Origin: Lepidodermella squamata
Taxonomy: Eukaryota; Animalia; Gastrotricha
Direction: 5' to 3'
Length of the DNA stretch: 64,000 nt
Assembly (NCBI GenBank): GCA_047495785.1
Contig: JBLDXI010000025.1
Span: 2,108,001 to 2,172,000, forward strand
Shown here: piece after piece, positions 60,824 to 64,000 of the stretch
Numbering within the stretch: the stretch's first letter is position 1
Layout: every line of letters begins with the position of its first letter
The notes under the pieces: generated by a model
Told to the model about the DNA's origin: nothing
The model's input: the letters and a program-made list of their open reading frames with translations, nothing else
Database searches by the model: none
Position numbers and translations under genes: made by a program

Positions 60824-62108
60824 ATGCAAACTGACTTGAAACCAGTTTTTTGTCAGGTAATTTTTTCGAAATTTAAAATTCGAACTTTGCATACCTTTAA
60901 ATTAAACAGATATGCAGCAAACCTGTGACCAGGCGGCAGTACTATTGCCCGAAGCAATGCTCGGCGTGTCAGGTTATAACGATTTTACGCATTTAACAAT
61001 TTCGTGCTTCAAACTTGTAATTTGTAGAAATTCTTCACTCGCCAATCTTCGAGGCGTTTTGAATTCCAGTGTGTCACTGGTAAGAATGACTGCAAAATTC
61101 CTCCAAAAACTCGCAACGCTTGCACCCGATGCCGTCTTGAAAAGTGCTTTGCTCTCAAGTCAGCAACAAAATATAGAAATGCTGACGATAACTTGAAATC
61201 ATCGATACCAAGAGAGCCTGAACTGGCCGATCTCACGATGGCGGAGAGTGCAACCTTTAAATCTATTGTTGGCCTCACGTTTTTGCACGACTTACATTCG
61301 GTAATTCTTTCAACTCCCCAGCCAATTCGCAGTTGCATCTGTCCTCTCAAATTAAGTTGCCGCTGCGAACAAGGGCTGAACCTTATGAAGACGCAAACAA
61401 GTTGGCGTTAGACTTTGCCACCGATCAGTTAAGGGTCTATGGCATAGCAACTGAAAGATTCGCTCAGTACATGAAAGGTAAACATGCTCAAATTTCCGTA
61501 GTATGATTTTTCGAACACGTTCATCTTACAGAAGCTTTTGCCATTTCAAATCGCGAGCTGGCGCAAGCGGTCGCAACAGGGTGCTGGTCAACTGTGCTGG
61601 CTTTCACATCCCAACCCGGCGACGAAAGCCCACTGTCAATCAATAAAGCTATTATTCCTCAATGGCTGGCTATTTTTCCTGAATTCGGGGTAAAGCTATT
61701 GAAATATTGAATAGTGTTTAATGCCGCTTACGCAGCCTATCTTTTCGTGGGCCAATGAGCTATCGCACGTGTTGAGCGACTGGAAAGCTACAATGCCGGA
61801 ATTAGCTTTATTCCTCTGTTACCTGTTTTTTAGTGGTAAGTTCCTTATTGATGGCCACTCATTCTGTGTCTTTATCCTGTCATTCTTACGCAGAATGTAC
61901 GACCCCGGCTATGGTTCGAATATCAGATGTCTTGAAGAAATCGCTGATAATGCATCATGCCGGTTTTAGAAAAGGATCTTCAAATCAGGACGAGAACCAT
62001 GTCGAAAGAGCCATATCTGTCATGCAGCAAGCAGCAGCGTACAGGCCGGTATTGTTCAAAAAAGCAGAGGAGCACCCAATTTCCTGGGTTCACAACTTCG
62101 ATTCGTAA
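60824..62108 (+). CDS. Divergent nuclear receptor-like gene G15 (class C DBD; 7 exons, exons 3 and 4 fused)
   Basis: MQTDLKPVFCQ|ICSKPVTRRQYYCPKQCSACQ|KFFTRQSSRRFEFQCVTGKNDCKIPPKTRNACTRCRLEKCFALKSATKYRNADDNLKSSIPREPELADL...FLHDLHS read continuously. Confidence 0.85.
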
Positions 62109-63807
62109 TTTAAGAATCGCTGTAATTTGCTGTTTTGCTACTTGTTACTGAAATAATACATATCTCTGTTTGCTTATCCCGATAGTGAATGGGATCGCTT
62201 ATTATTTTCTGACCAATTAGTTTTGAATCTCTCAGAGCAGTGGCTGAATGTTAGCCTTTCGTCCAGTGAACGCATTCTCATTCTGATTTTTCAATAAACT
62301 CTCATTGAGTCAATATGATTGTTATCATGAAAGGTTCTTCCCAGTCAAGGTGATACAAAGAATTCTTTAGATAGGATCTTGATCGGAATCACCTTCATCA
62401 AAGATCAAAGCAGATTAAGACGAACTTATTGCTTCGAGTAGGCATATTATCAATTGGATTCATTAAACAATTGGCAACTTCTATACACTGCTACTAATTC
62501 ATTCTGGCAGTGCTCTCGCTCGAGAACGTACGAGCGCCTGCTCTTGTAAAGAGCGTAAAATCGATGTTGGATACTGTAATTACGGCATGAAAATACGTCG
62601 CAGGGAATTTGTTTCACTTTCTCTTTTGCAAGGTTATGACCCCGTATGCGTATGACTTGGACTTCTATCCAAATGGGGATAGAAGCTTGGGAGAAGATTG
62701 GATTTTGGATGATAATATGGATGTTCAGAAGTCGTGTTGTTGCCAAAGCGATGTTGTAAATTCTAAGTCACGATATCATTCACTGATTTTCACTCGCCAC
62801 ATGCATGCAAGCTCGTTGAATCTTTTGCATATTCATATTACTACTCTGGATTTTGGATATGTTTTTTTCTTGAGGTTGAGGTGAAAGCATTAACAGCGAA
62901 ACGGCACACTCCGGTATAACTCTATGCTTGAGTCCACGTGCTTGCTGGGCTTTTGTATTCTCGGCACTAGATGTGCATTCTAGTCGACATTACGCGTTTT
63001 AGAAGCCTCATAACGGTGCCCTAATTCGCACCTCATTCAACGAGAAATCTCGGAAATGTTTATTTTTCGCTTACTATCTTCCTTAAAACAAATCATACGA
63101 CTGGTCTGAAGCATTCCTTGGTGAAAAGGTTGCCCAATTTCAATTCACCTCCAATTTAACCTCTGTTACGTTCGGGGTACTGTAAATCATGAGACGTAGT
63201 GGCTCGACGGGCTCGAAGCCTAACCACAGGGGGGACCCTTATTTTTTTTCCCTGGCCCCAGCGGAAACTTGAGCGATATAAGGGAGACCCTTACCTATAT
63301 CCCCTTTCGGCAAAATGTCCATCTTCTACACTGAAATTGAAGAAAATATCAAGGTGTTAATTTTGAAGAGATCTGACTACACACATGTGGTTCTTTGCAT
63401 TCTGGCTACTTATCGCCAAGAAATCGACGGTTGAAATTTTAAATTTTTCGATTTTTGTCCTCCAAGAAATTGATGAATCAGCAGACTATCTGGCGCCCAT
63501 GGCTTTACACCCCTTTTCTCGTGAGTAGACATTCTATACTGATATTATGTCCATGGCAAATTCACATTTTGCACATTTTGCACCCGTTACCCATGTGCTT
63601 ACTCGCATGGCGCTCTTTTTTATTTCATAATTCGGCGATCGTAATTGATTATAAATAGATTGTTAAACCATTTGAAGCTAATATGACTTGATTATCAAAG
63701 TGAGGCGTATCTAAAAGGCAAAATATTAAGAAATGGTGATACATGGCGTCGGAGATTGAGCAATGGGGTAATTTTTAATGAAGGACACCCGGAGTGGGTT
63801 GATATGG

Positions 63808-63945
63808 TGTGCTTCATTGCGCAATTTTTAGTAATTCAATAATGCATTTCTGAAATAGCTCTGAGCCTGCGAGCTCGATCGATAATTACCCTACTTTGGT
63901 TTCGGCAAGTATTACAGCGCAATTCTAAATAGAGTATTCTCTATG
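63808..63945 (+). promoter_or_regulatory. Conserved upstream module at the window edge
   Basis: gcttcattgcg, agtaattcaata, gaaatagctctg, gatcgataat, gcaagtattacagc. Confidence 0.5.
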
Positions 63946-64000
63946 AATTCCGTGGTCCGAGAAAGTTATCTTGCGGAAAATGGGTAACGGTGAGTAAGAA

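Noticed and set aside
6885-62108. Assigning a gene symbol or NR subfamily (e.g. HNF4, NR1H, NR1I/J, nematode nhr)
   Set aside because: The P-box, D-box and LBD are too divergent for a by-eye assignment. A phylogeny is needed.
62609-62884. ORF containing YAYDLDFYPNGD...KSCCC as a real exon
   Set aside because: No recognisable domain or supporting neighbouring exons, so it cannot be supported without a search.

Overview
Eukaryotic (animal) genomic DNA with very short introns (mostly ~40-60 nt). The species cannot be determined from the sequence, but the architecture resembles compact invertebrate genomes such as appendicularian tunicates or nematodes. The window is dominated by a head-to-tail, all plus-strand tandem array of a highly divergent nuclear-receptor-like family: 14 apparently intact genes (8 coding exons, one with 7), one truncated gene with a DNA-binding domain only, and at least five pseudogene remnants. 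Genes are labelled G1-G15 here in left-to-right order. The proteins have a two-zinc-finger C4 DNA-binding domain (DBD) with non-canonical spacing and an unusual P-box (C[S/N/A]AC[Q/E]KFF), plus a short, divergent ligand-binding-like domain (LBD). A conserved, indel-rich non-coding module recurs about 13 times between the genes. Also present are a decayed tRNA cluster with one intact tRNA-Lys(CTT), several non-LTR retrotransposon fragments including two convergent ORF1-only relics, many MITEs and foldback hairpins, an 801-bp tandem duplication, and a segmental duplication with reciprocal gene loss. Gene models were spliced by eye from paralog comparison, so coordinates may be off by a few bases.
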